Positions 35,745 to 44,527 of a stretch of 64,000 bases of DNA are shown piece by piece. The DNA is taken from positions 1 to 64,000 of IMG/VR virus record IMGVR_UViG_3300028588_000019; one strand, given 5' to 3'. The notes beneath the pieces are model-generated. The model was given only the letters and a program-made list of their open reading frames with translations, was not told where the DNA came from and searched no databases. Source of the stretch: a virus (taxonomy: Duplodnaviria; Caudoviricetes). Position 1 is the first letter of the stretch, and every line of letters begins with the position of its first letter. Made by a program: the position numbers and the translations under genes.

Positions 35745-35993
35745 GTGAACCACCAGCGCATCAAACCCGCAGAGTCACCTATCGACGAGTTGTTGAACCG
35801 CGTGCAGGAAATTCTGAATATCCGCACCCGGACAGCTACGATCAAAAAGATTGGTTCAACTCCGGCAACTGTTAGCCGCATCCGCAAAGGTGAGCTAACC
35901 CCGTCTGCGGATTTGGTGTTGCGGGTGCACGACTTAACCGGCTTGTCTGTTGCTGAAATTCGTAAGCTCGGCGACATTGCTATAACGATTTAA
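35745..35993 (+). CDS. XRE/Cro-type HTH protein
   Basis: IGSTPATVSRIRKGE..PS...VLRVHDLTG. Confidence 0.8.
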   Translation: MNHQRIKPAESPIDELLNRVQEILNIRTRTATIKKIGSTPATVSRIRKGELTPSADLVLRVHDLTGLSVAEIRKLGDIAITI

Positions 35994-36044
35994 CCCGCAA
36001 GCTGTCTGGCGTTTAACAGACAGCATTCTTCCTAGGAAAAAGAA

Positions 36045-36950
36045 ATGACCGCTTTTAATTTTAACGCAAATTCCGTCGCACCTGACTCCGGACGTGTTGG
36101 CGCGCTGCCTGCCGGCTGGTATGCTTCGATGCTGACCAAGACCGAAATCAAGCCCACCAACGGTGGCGGCGGCGCATATATCGCCGTGCAGGGTCAGGTT
36201 TCGGAAGGTCCGCACAAGGGCGCCAGCTGGTTCACCAACTTCAACATCCAGAACGCCAACGAAAAGGCTGTCGAAATTGGCATGGCGCAACTGTCGTCGC
36301 TGTGCCACGCAACCGGCGTCATGCAGTTCAGCGATACCGACCAGCTGAAAAACAAACCGTTTTACGTCCGCCTCAAGCTGGTGCCTGCCGAACTGAACGA
36401 ACCGGGCAACCCGGCCTCCGGCGTGAAATACGAAGAAAAGAACGAAGTGATGGCTTACCGCGCGATCACCGACCAGGCCGCAATGGAAGCAGCGAAGAAC
36501 CAAGCTGTCGCCAAGACGCCAGCCGGCGCGCAGGTTCCGCCGCAACAACCGCCGGCATTCGTTCCGCCGCAACAGCAGATGCAGCAGCAAGCGGCACCCG
36601 TCCAGCAACAGCAGCAGTGGAACCAACAGCCGCAACAACAGCAGGCACCACAGCAACAGCAATGGAGCCAGCAACCACAGCCGCAAGCCCCGCAACAGCA
36701 AGCTCCGCAACAGCAGCCGCCAGCATCGTGGCAGGGTCAGCAACAGCAGCAACAGCAGCAACAGGCGCCAGTTCAACAACAGCAAGCTCCTGCCGCTGAA
36801 GCACAACCAGCCTGGGCACAAGCTGGCGCCGCTCAACCGTGGGCACAGCAGCAAGCCCCGCAACAGCAGCAACAGCAGCAAGCTCCAGCCGGCCCGGCGG
36901 TAGATCCCGCAATGCCGGCCTGGATGCAGGGTCAGCCGCAACCACAGTAA
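36045..36950 (+). CDS. DUF669-type ssDNA-binding protein with long Q/P-rich tail
   Basis: LPAGWY..N-terminal OB-like domain, KNEV, then about 130 aa of Q/P/A; lies between Sak4 and the exonuclease. Confidence 0.8.
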   Translation: MTAFNFNANSVAPDSGRVGALPAGWYASMLTKTEIKPTNGGGGAYIAVQGQVSEGPHKGASWFTNFNIQNANEKAVEIGMAQLSSLCHATGVMQFSDTDQLKNKPFYVRLKLVPAELNEPGNPASGVKYEEKNEVMAYRAITDQAAMEAAKNQAVAKTPAGAQVPPQQPPAFVPPQQQMQQQAAPVQQQQQWNQQPQQQQAPQQQQWSQQPQPQAPQQQAPQQQPPASWQGQQQQQQQQQAPVQQQQAPAAEAQPAWAQAGAAQPWAQQQAPQQQQQQQAPAGPAVDPAMPAWMQGQPQPQ

Positions 36951-36953
36951 TGC

Positions 36954-36982
36954 GAAATGCCTTCCTTCGGGAGGGCATTTTT
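36954..36982 (+). terminator. Intrinsic terminator
   Basis: AAATGCCTTCC-TTCG-GGAGGGCATTTTT. Confidence 0.85.
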
Positions 36983-37060
36983 AGATGGTGAGACACATAC
37001 GTGTGGGCTTTATCTGCTGGCAAAGAACAGCTACCATCTAAAAATTCACAGAGGAGCATT

Positions 37061-37957
37061 ATGGCTGTCAGACTTGCAACAAAAACGCTCGCAGCAATTG
37101 ACCACACTATGATGGAAGATCAGGGTGCGGCTTTCCGCGTTTGGTCGGGTAAAGTGCTGCCTGCAATGAAGGACGCGTATCGGGGTGAAGAGGACGGTTT
37201 CCGTTCGCACCTTGGCGCATCAATGATTGGTCGCGCATGCGCTCGCGAAATTTGGTACGGCTTCCGCTGGAGCAAGAAGCCTAGGCACCAGGCGCGGACA
37301 CTTCGTCTTTTCAATAGGGGGCATCTTGAAGAAGCTCGATTTATCGCAGCCTTGCTGTCGATCGGTGTGCAGGTTGTGCAGCAAGATGCTAACGGCAATC
37401 AGTTCCGCATTAGTGACGCTGGTGGCCATTTTGGGGGCAGTGGTGACGGTGTTGCTTTGGGCATCCCTGACGTTCCTGCTGGGACTTGGTGTCTCTTAGA
37501 ATTCAAAACGCACGGTGACAAGTCCTTCCAGAAGCTGAAAAAAGAAGGCGTCAAGATTGCCAAGCCCGAGCATTATACGCAGATGCAAGTCTACATGCGC
37601 AAGATGCAATTGACCGTTGCGCTGTACGGTGCTGTCAATAAGAACGACGACGAGTACCACTTCGAAATTATCGTCATTGACCCGTTGCACGCCGACCAGT
37701 TCCTGGACCGCGGGCGACAAATCGTGCGTCTGCACAAAGCACCAGAGCGCATTAACGAGTCGCCAGGCTGGTACGAATGCAAGTTCTGCGACTACAAGCC
37801 GATCTGCCACGGTGGTGAACCGCCTGAGCGCAACTGCCGTACTTGCCACCATGTGCGCTGTGACGACACGAACGGCTCGTGGGTGTGTGGTCAAACAGGT
37901 GAAGTCCGCGATAAGGAAGCTCAACTCGCTGGCTGCGACGACTATTTGGTGAACTAA
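37061..37957 (+). CDS. Cas4-like PD-(D/E)xK exonuclease
   Basis: HLGASMIG..C.R, GSGDG, LEFKT, QMQVYM, C-terminal CKFC..C..C cluster. Confidence 0.88.
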   Translation: MAVRLATKTLAAIDHTMMEDQGAAFRVWSGKVLPAMKDAYRGEEDGFRSHLGASMIGRACAREIWYGFRWSKKPRHQARTLRLFNRGHLEEARFIAALLSIGVQVVQQDANGNQFRISDAGGHFGGSGDGVALGIPDVPAGTWCLLEFKTHGDKSFQKLKKEGVKIAKPEHYTQMQVYMRKMQLTVALYGAVNKNDDEYHFEIIVIDPLHADQFLDRGRQIVRLHKAPERINESPGWYECKFCDYKPICHGGEPPERNCRTCHHVRCDDTNGSWVCGQTGEVRDKEAQLAGCDDYLVN

Positions 37958-39702
37958 TGTCTGTTCGCCTCATACCCCGCGACTATCAGCTGGAAACAGT
38001 TAATAGCATCTTTCGTTACTTTCAGGCAAACCGCACTGGCAATCCGGTTGCGGGGTTGCCCACGGGTACGGGCAAGGCTTTCTGCATTGCCTACTTCCTG
38101 TTCAAAGCTCTGGAGATGTATTCCAAGCAAAAGATTCTCGTTGCGACACACGTTAAAGAGCTTGTTGACCAGAACTATAAAGAGTTCATTGAAATCTGGC
38201 CGCAAGCTCCGGCAGGTGTCTACAGTGCCGGTTTGAAGCGCAAAGATACGCATCAGTCTGTTATCTTCTGCGGTATTGCGTCGATTGCTAAGAATATCGA
38301 AGCTTTCGGTCGGGTGGACTTAGTGATTGTGGACGAGTGCCACCTCATCAGCCTCAAAGAAGACTCGATGTACCGTGCGGTATTTGACGCGCTCAAGGTT
38401 ATTAATCCGAACCTTCGCATCATTGGTTTCACCGCCACCCCATGGCGCGCTGGTCAAGGTCGTCTTACCGAAGGCGATGGTATCTTTACCGATATGTGTA
38501 TCGACCTTACCGACATGGCGTCCTTTAACCGCTTTGTGCGGGAGGGGTACTTAGTCCCACTGGTGTCCAAGCCTACAAAGCTCTTGCTTGACGTTACAGG
38601 GGTTAAAATCACAGCAGGTGAGTATAACGAGAAATCGCTGGACTTGGCTGTAAATAAAGACCATATCACTTTTGCTGCACTTCAGGAGGCGCAGCAGTAT
38701 GCGTACGAAACAGGGCGCCGTAGTTGGATCATTTTTGCAACAAGCCTAGCGCATGCCGACAAGATTAAAGAAATGCTGGAATATCTCGGTGTGACTTGTC
38801 GTGTCGTGCACAGTAAAATGTCTTCGACCGAGCGTGACAACAACGTTGCTGACTGGAAAGCAATGAAGTTTACCGCCATCATTAACATGGGCGTCCTAAC
38901 AACTGGTGTGAACCATCCTGCGCTAGACTTAATTGTCATGCTGCGTCCAACAATGTCGTCTGTCCTTTGGGTACAGATGCTCGGTCGCGGGACTCGTCCG
39001 TTATTTGTTCGTGAAGGTTACGACTTAACAACCATCCAAGGGCGACTCGATTCTATTGCTGCTAGTGCAAAACAGTATTGTCTAGTAATGGACTTTGCGG
39101 GTAACATCAAGCGCTTGGGACCCGTCAACGACCCGGTCATCCCCCGCAAGAAGGGTGCATCAAAAGGCGAAGTCCCGATTAAAGAATGCGACGCTTGCGG
39201 GATGTATAACCACATCAGTGCGAAGTGGTGCGGTGGCACCCCATTCAAAACGAATGAAGGTTGCGGCGCGGAGTTTGTATTCCGTGTACAGCTGAAGCAG
39301 GAAGCAAGCACCGAGGCTGTCGTTCGTGAGGACGACTTACCTGTTATTGAAACCTTCCCTGTGATGCAAACGACCGCCTCAGTGCATCGAAAAGAGGGTA
39401 AGCCTGACAGCTTGAAGGTGACGTACTATTGCTTCACCAAAAAGTTCACAAAGTACATTCTAATTGAGCATCCCGGATTTGGCCGTCGCAAAGCTGAAAT
39501 GTGGTGGAGTGAGCGAACGAACTTGACTTTACCCATCACAACGGCTGAGGCAATGGAAATATTCACGGAGCTTAGCGTACCGACTCACATCCAAGTGTGG
39601 ACAAACGCTCCGTATCCTGAAATTATGAAGGAGTGCTTCATGGGCGAATTTGCAAATAGCGTCCCCGGTAACGAACTTGCAAAGAATGATATTCCGTTCT
39701 AA
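37957..39702 (+). CDS. SF2 helicase (RadD/YejH-like) with Zn finger
   Basis: PTGTGKA, DECH, TATP, LTTG, QMLGRG.R, KECDAC. Confidence 0.92.
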   Translation: MSVRLIPRDYQLETVNSIFRYFQANRTGNPVAGLPTGTGKAFCIAYFLFKALEMYSKQKILVATHVKELVDQNYKEFIEIWPQAPAGVYSAGLKRKDTHQSVIFCGIASIAKNIEAFGRVDLVIVDECHLISLKEDSMYRAVFDALKVINPNLRIIGFTATPWRAGQGRLTEGDGIFTDMCIDLTDMASFNRFVREGYLVPLVSKPTKLLLDVTGVKITAGEYNEKSLDLAVNKDHITFAALQEAQQYAYETGRRSWIIFATSLAHADKIKEMLEYLGVTCRVVHSKMSSTERDNNVADWKAMKFTAIINMGVLTTGVNHPALDLIVMLRPTMSSVLWVQMLGRGTRPLFVREGYDLTTIQGRLDSIAASAKQYCLVMDFAGNIKRLGPVNDPVIPRKKGASKGEVPIKECDACGMYNHISAKWCGGTPFKTNEGCGAEFVFRVQLKQEASTEAVVREDDLPVIETFPVMQTTASVHRKEGKPDSLKVTYYCFTKKFTKYILIEHPGFGRRKAEMWWSERTNLTLPITTAEAMEIFTELSVPTHIQVWTNAPYPEIMKECFMGEFANSVPGNELAKNDIPF

Positions 39703-39781
39703 AAATAAATGTGTTTGCGCTGCCGCATGTGCTGTACAATGTGTGCTTGTGGTAGCGCAAACCTTAAAGGAGATGTGACTT

Positions 39782-40534
39782 ATGTATGTTGTCATAGACC
39801 GCGAATACTTGTGTGTCAAGTACAAGCACCCAAACCAATCCGCCATTAACAATCTGGCGTGCATTGAAATCCCGTACCAGCCAATCGTCGTTGTTAGCGC
39901 GACTGATAAAGATAGCTTCGAGTCTTTTACGGACTACGAACTGAAGGTTATGTACGAAAACCTGTGCGGACTGCTGTACTCGGGCTTTCGTCGTCCGGAC
40001 CTCGTCACAAGCGTAATCCGTTTGATTGGTATGTTGTCTGAAACCGACTTGGTCCCTCGTGAAGTTGACCAACAACTGGACACCATCAAGGACCCGGACG
40101 ATGGCCCGTTCCAATACGTGCGCGGTTCAGCTGTACCGAAAAAGCAGAACGAGCTCTGGCTACCACCTACGATGGTCACTCGCGACGGCGTCATCCCAAA
40201 CGGAAAAAAGTACCATGTACCAGACCCCGTTAAACGCGTGCAACCTCTGTACAGCCCCGTATATACCAACCCCGCACTGTTTGCAGCGCCTAGCACCCCT
40301 GCCGCGCGTGCAAACAGCACCGGGGAACCCAGCGCACCAGCGGCACCGCCCAAAGCGGGTAGCACAACAGGTCGGGTATGGGCAATTGCGGACGACTGCT
40401 ACCAGAAGCACTCGGTTCTCGACAAGACCCTGCGCAAGATGGTTGCTGACGAATGCGAAGCGCAGGGTATCAATTCCTCCACCATGAGCGTGCAGTTCAG
40501 CAAATGGAAGGGACACAAATTGGCACAGTCCTAA
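39782..40534 (+). CDS. Protein with C-terminal wHTH-like domain (paralog family member 3)
   Basis: PKAGSTTGRVWAIAD...ECEAQGINSSTMSVQFSKWK. Confidence 0.75.
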   Translation: MYVVIDREYLCVKYKHPNQSAINNLACIEIPYQPIVVVSATDKDSFESFTDYELKVMYENLCGLLYSGFRRPDLVTSVIRLIGMLSETDLVPREVDQQLDTIKDPDDGPFQYVRGSAVPKKQNELWLPPTMVTRDGVIPNGKKYHVPDPVKRVQPLYSPVYTNPALFAAPSTPAARANSTGEPSAPAAPPKAGSTTGRVWAIADDCYQKHSVLDKTLRKMVADECEAQGINSSTMSVQFSKWKGHKLAQS

Positions 40535-40594
40535 GTGTCAAGGCAAGCACTTTTTCGTGATCCAAAAATATTTGCTTGTATCCGAAAAAAGTGC

Positions 40595-40623
40595 TTGCAG
40601 TTAGTAAATAAGCCGGTTATAGT
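40595..40623 (+). promoter_or_regulatory. Sigma70-like promoter overlapping an inverted repeat
   Basis: TTGCAG-17 nt-TATAGT; IR GCAAGCACTTTTTCG...CGAAAAAAGTGCTTGC. Confidence 0.7.
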
Positions 40624-40695
40624 TAAGCCTCACTCGCCGCAAACAGTGTAACGTAGTTAATCCAGTTTACATCAAATCATTATTAGGAGTTTCAA

Positions 40696-41292
40696 ATGTC
40701 CGAGCAAAAATCCCAAGAGCAAATCGCAGCAGAAGCTGCTGAAACCAAAGCCAAAGCCGACGCCGCCAAAGCGGAAGCGAAAGCTGCCAAAGACAAGGCC
40801 GCCGCTGAAGCCAAGGAAAAGAAACAAGCCGCCGCTGCCGAAGCCAAGCGCCTGAAGGACGAAGCCAAGGCCGCCGAGAAAGCCGAAAAAGAAGCCAAAG
40901 CTGCCGCTGCTGCCAAAGAAAAAGCCGACAAAGCCGCTGCCGCTGCTGCCGAAAAAGCCGCTACTGCCGCTGCCAAGGTCAAGGTCGTCATGCCATCGCA
41001 AAACGGTATCACCCGTCCGAAGACCGGCACCAAGACCGGCGACGTCTGGGCCCTGGCCGACAAGCTGTCCACCGAAAAGAATGCGCCGATCGCTATCGCT
41101 GAACTGCTGCCAGCCGGCGCCGCCGCAGGCCTGAACGACGCGACCATCCGCACGCAATACGCACGCTGGAAAACCTTCAACGGCATCTTCGGTTCGGTCA
41201 AAGCTGCACCGAAAGCCCCTGAAACCCCGGCACCGACCGCGCAGACCGAACAGACCGCCGGCGCCGAAGCAACCGAACCGGCCGCCGCCTAA
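40696..41292 (+). CDS. Histone H1-like (Ala/Lys/Glu) protein with wHTH-like domain (paralog family member 4)
   Basis: About 95 aa of AKE repeats, then NGITRPKTGTKTGDVWALAD...LNDATIRTQYARWK. Confidence 0.85.
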   Translation: MSEQKSQEQIAAEAAETKAKADAAKAEAKAAKDKAAAEAKEKKQAAAAEAKRLKDEAKAAEKAEKEAKAAAAAKEKADKAAAAAAEKAATAAAKVKVVMPSQNGITRPKTGTKTGDVWALADKLSTEKNAPIAIAELLPAGAAAGLNDATIRTQYARWKTFNGIFGSVKAAPKAPETPAPTAQTEQTAGAEATEPAAA

Positions 41293-41314
41293 TTCGGCCT
41301 GGTCGAGCAGTTAA

Positions 41315-41394
41315 GAGGTGCTAATCGCGGGTACGGGTTTCCAAAATCACGTATCGCAGGATTACGGTCCCGTTTAAGCCGGGCCACCTCACCA
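41315..41394 (+). ncRNA. tRNA-like RNA (D-armless, CCA/Trp-type loop, 3' ACCA)
   Basis: GAGGTG/CACCTC stem + ACCA; long hairpin capped by TTCCAAA; T-arm-like CCCG-TTTAAGC-CGGG. Confidence 0.5.
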
Positions 41395-41584
41395 AATCGC
41401 GCCACTTACCAGATAGGTCTGGGCGCAACCGAGCGGACCCTGTCGTGTAGTTAAGCCCAAGGCGCGAAAGCGTTGACTTGGTGACTCAGGGGTGAGAAAA
41501 ACACGATGACAGCTGGCAAAGACCGCCCCGAAAGGGTTCCCATTTACCCGTACACAGACAAGGTCTGTTCCTCTGAGGTGTCAA

Positions 41585-42313
41585 TTGCAAGTCATCCCAA
41601 TCAATAAGCAACCGATCGAAAAGCGCAACAACGAGGCGCGTTCGCTCGAAGTCCATTCCATTTTCCTCACCATTCAAGGTGAGGGTCCATTCACCGGATA
41701 CCCAGCAGTATTCATCCGCCTCGCGGGCTGCAACCTGCAATGCCCTTCGTGCGACACCGACTACACCAACGGTCGCAAGGGTATGTCCGTCGAAGCAATT
41801 GTGTCGGAAGTGAAAAGCGTGCACTCGGAATGCAATGCGCGGCCCATTGTGGTCATCACCGGTGGCGAACCCTTCCGTCAAAACATCGAACAACTGGTTG
41901 AACTGCTGTTGCGCCAGGACTTTACCGTCCAGGTCGAGACCAACGGTACGCTTGCACCACTCAACGTCCAAGCACCAGTGTGGTTCAATCGCAAGTTTCA
42001 CATCGTATGCAGCCCGAAGGCTGGCAAGGTACACAACTGGATTGCCAATCGCGCCGACTGCTTCAAGTACGTCCTGAGCGCCGACAGTGTCGACCCGGAA
42101 GACGGCCTGCCAATCCTTGCGCTTAACCACACTGCCTCGCCGCGCGTTGCTCGTCCATTCTTCAGCACGAAGAACAAGCCCATCTATCTGCAACCGATGG
42201 ACGCGAAAGACCAAGCTAAGAACGATGCTAACGTCTGCGCAGTCCTGCAAAGCTGCATCAAACACGGCTATATCTTCCAACTGCAAACGCACAAATACAT
42301 CGGGGTCGAATGA
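41585..42313 (+). CDS. queE: 7-carboxy-7-deazaguanine synthase (radical SAM)
   Basis: IFLTIQGEG, FIRLAGCNLQCPSCDT, VITGGEP, VETNG, CSPK, LQTHK. Confidence 0.95.
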   Translation: MQVIPINKQPIEKRNNEARSLEVHSIFLTIQGEGPFTGYPAVFIRLAGCNLQCPSCDTDYTNGRKGMSVEAIVSEVKSVHSECNARPIVVITGGEPFRQNIEQLVELLLRQDFTVQVETNGTLAPLNVQAPVWFNRKFHIVCSPKAGKVHNWIANRADCFKYVLSADSVDPEDGLPILALNHTASPRVARPFFSTKNKPIYLQPMDAKDQAKNDANVCAVLQSCIKHGYIFQLQTHKYIGVE

Positions 42314-42513
42314 TGGCAATTAACGTTAAACGCATTGTCGAGGTTTCGGTTGACATGACCCTCGACGAGCAACAGGCTGGCGAGCTTCTGGATTTTTTGC
42401 GGACCGCTGTCACTGTCACTGCACCGCGCCCCATGACTCCAGGTTCCCGACCAACTAACATCGTGCGCGAGCTGGCAGACGCACTCATCGCTCAAGGGGT
42501 TGTTTCAAAATGA
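42313..42513 (+). CDS. Small hypothetical protein in que cluster
   Basis: Overlaps the queE stop. Confidence 0.55.
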   Translation: MAINVKRIVEVSVDMTLDEQQAGELLDFLRTAVTVTAPRPMTPGSRPTNIVRELADALIAQGVVSK

Positions 42514-42797
42514 GGCTCGAAGACTGGAGTGTGGTCGCTTCACCATTGTCAGGTTACCGTGACCCGGAGCAATGGTCCCCTAAGCTGTACGGCACGGTGT
42601 ACGGTAATCCAAAGTTCGCGGACGGTTCGCTTATTTTTACGAGCCGCATTGTTACGGTGGACAAAAAGGCTGGCACTGCAACCACCAAGTCCGGCAGCGT
42701 CTATGTGCTGGGTGAAGTGTCCGCAGAATACGAAAACATTCATCCAAACGCGCGTGAGCGCTTCTTCAATCAAGGGGTTAGCAATGTTCAAAATTAA
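42510..42797 (+). CDS. Conserved small phage protein in que cluster
   Basis: LEDWSVV...LYG.VYG.PKF.DG..I.TS.IV...T.SGS.Y.LG. Confidence 0.7.
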   Translation: MRLEDWSVVASPLSGYRDPEQWSPKLYGTVYGNPKFADGSLIFTSRIVTVDKKAGTATTKSGSVYVLGEVSAEYENIHPNARERFFNQGVSNVQN

Positions 42798-43581
42798 AGC
42801 ACTGGTCGTCCTGTCCGGCGGCCAAGATTCGACCACCTGCGCATTCTGGGCCAAGCAGCAGGGTTACGAGATCCACGCGGTGACTTTCGATTACGGTCAG
42901 AAGCACGTCATCGAAATCGAAGCGGCCAAGAAGATCGCGGAACTCGTCGGCGCCGTGTCGCACGAGATCATCAAGCTGGGCGACGGCGTCCTGGCCGGTA
43001 CGTCCCCGCTCACCAACAAAGCGGAAGTCCTGGAACAATACGCCGACCACCAATCGCTGCCAGGCGGTCTGGAAAAGACCTTCGTACCGCTGCGCAATCA
43101 GCTGTTCTTGACCGTTGCTGCGAACCGCGCCTACGTCATGGGCTGTACCGTGCTGGTCACCGGCGTCTGTCAAGAAGACAGCGGAGGCTATCCGGACTGC
43201 CGCGCCACCTTCATCAGCGCCGTACAGGACGCAACCAACTATGGTACGTTTACCGGCGAACCCGGTACGCTGCCACCCCTGCGCATCCTGACCCCGCTGA
43301 TGTACCTGACCAAGGCCGACAGCGTGCGCCTGGCGCGTGCCATCCCGGGCTGCTACGATGCGCTGGCGTATTCCCACACCAGCTACGACGGCGCTTACCC
43401 GCCCGTAGGTAAAGACCATGCAACCCTCCTGCGCGCAAAAGGCTTCGAAGAAGCAGGCTTGCCTGACCCGCTGGTCGTGCGTGCATGGAAAGAGGGTCTG
43501 ATGGACCTTCCAGATACGAAGGTTTACAACGACTTCGAAGACCAAATGGACGCTGCTCGCGAAGCTGCTGAGGGCGACTAA
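42784..43581 (+). CDS. queC: 7-cyano-7-deazaguanine (preQ0) synthase
   Basis: VLSGGQDSTT, FDYGQ.H..E, TFVPLRN, GYPDCR, TPLMYLTKA. Confidence 0.95.
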   Translation: MFKIKALVVLSGGQDSTTCAFWAKQQGYEIHAVTFDYGQKHVIEIEAAKKIAELVGAVSHEIIKLGDGVLAGTSPLTNKAEVLEQYADHQSLPGGLEKTFVPLRNQLFLTVAANRAYVMGCTVLVTGVCQEDSGGYPDCRATFISAVQDATNYGTFTGEPGTLPPLRILTPLMYLTKADSVRLARAIPGCYDALAYSHTSYDGAYPPVGKDHATLLRAKGFEEAGLPDPLVVRAWKEGLMDLPDTKVYNDFEDQMDAAREAAEGD

Positions 43582-43582
43582 C

Positions 43583-43777
43583 ATGGCAATCGGCGGCGGT
43601 ATTCGTAAAGGCAATGGCTGCGTTACCGCCGCCAAGCCCGAGTCCATTTACGAGGCGCATCGTAAGCTCGAGAAGAAGTACACTGAAAAGTGCCAGCAAC
43701 TTGAGCGTGCAGAGAAGAAAATCTTAATTCTGAACGAGCGCATTAAAAAACTTTCTGCAAAGAAGAATCCAAAATGA
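43583..43777 (+). CDS. Small coiled-coil protein
   Basis: 64 aa filling the gap between queC and queD. Confidence 0.55.
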   Translation: MAIGGGIRKGNGCVTAAKPESIYEAHRKLEKKYTEKCQQLERAEKKILILNERIKKLSAKKNPK

Positions 43778-44298
43778 GCAAATATCGCAGTACCAAGACC
43801 TACGGTCACGAGCTCGGACTGTCGGCGTGCTTCCGCCAGCATCGTGCAACGCATTCGCACTGCTCGATGCTGCACGGTTACGCGCTCGCGTTCACTTTCA
43901 CGTTCGAAGCAGACACGCTGGACGACCGCAATTGGGTCCAGGACTTCGGAGGCCTGAAAGAACTGAAGCAAAAGCTTCAACGGACGTTCGACCACAAGCT
44001 GGTCGTCGCGGAAGACGATCCGAAGGTGCACGAGATTTGCCGTTTGGACGGCTACGTCGCGGACGTACTTGTGCTGCCTGCGGTCGGCTGCGAAGCGTTC
44101 GCGAAACAGGCTTACGACATGGCCTGTGAAGTTATTCGTGACGCAAACAAGGCTGAGGTTGCTCGTCTCCAGTCTGAGCACAAGCCTGGCACCCAATGGC
44201 CAACCGCTGGTCGTCAGCGCGTCCGCGTCGTGTCGGTCGAGTGCCGCGAGCACGGCGCCAACAGCGCAATTTACATCGGTGGCGAGGATGAAGCATAA
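43774..44298 (+). CDS. queD: 6-carboxytetrahydropterin synthase
   Basis: HCSMLHGY, WVQDFG.LK, FDHK, ECREHGANSA. Confidence 0.93.
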   Translation: MSKYRSTKTYGHELGLSACFRQHRATHSHCSMLHGYALAFTFTFEADTLDDRNWVQDFGGLKELKQKLQRTFDHKLVVAEDDPKVHEICRLDGYVADVLVLPAVGCEAFAKQAYDMACEVIRDANKAEVARLQSEHKPGTQWPTAGRQRVRVVSVECREHGANSAIYIGGEDEA

Positions 44299-44527
44299 AC
44301 TCATCTATGACAGGCGAGCAGGCGGTTACTCAGCAATCTGTTCGCTTTATAACCAACTCGGGGTGGCGGAATTCGTCATCACTATGGACCATAACGAAGG
44401 ATTTACGCATAGCGTGCTTCGTGTTCCAGACGAGAAGGTTATTGTCACCTGGCGCAAACTTGGCAAGGACATGCACAACTGTCCTGTCGAACCTAATAAA
44501 TTTATTGTTACGAAATCACTAGCATGA
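44288..44527 (+). CDS. Small hypothetical protein
   Basis: GAGG RBS; starts MKHKLIY; overlaps both neighbours. Confidence 0.55.
   Translation: MKHKLIYDRRAGGYSAICSLYNQLGVAEFVITMDHNEGFTHSVLRVPDEKVIVTWRKLGKDMHNCPVEPNKFIVTKSLA

Noticed and set aside
35745-35993. XRE protein and AlpA-like protein (27769) as evidence of a temperate lifestyle
   Set aside because: No integrase, att site or divergent cI/cro switch in the window; both lie within replication operons
37061-37957. Cas4-like gene as part of a CRISPR system
   Set aside because: It sits between SSB/Sak4 and the helicase, the usual phage recombination context; no array or other cas genes
41360-41450. Twister-ribozyme-like GGTCCC..AAGCC segment
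   Set aside because: The required UAA cleavage strand, P2 and both pseudoknots could not be assembled; a T-arm-like reading fits better
41400-41584. preQ1 riboswitch upstream of queE
   Set aside because: No AGAGGTTCTAG-type hairpin or A-rich tail of class I
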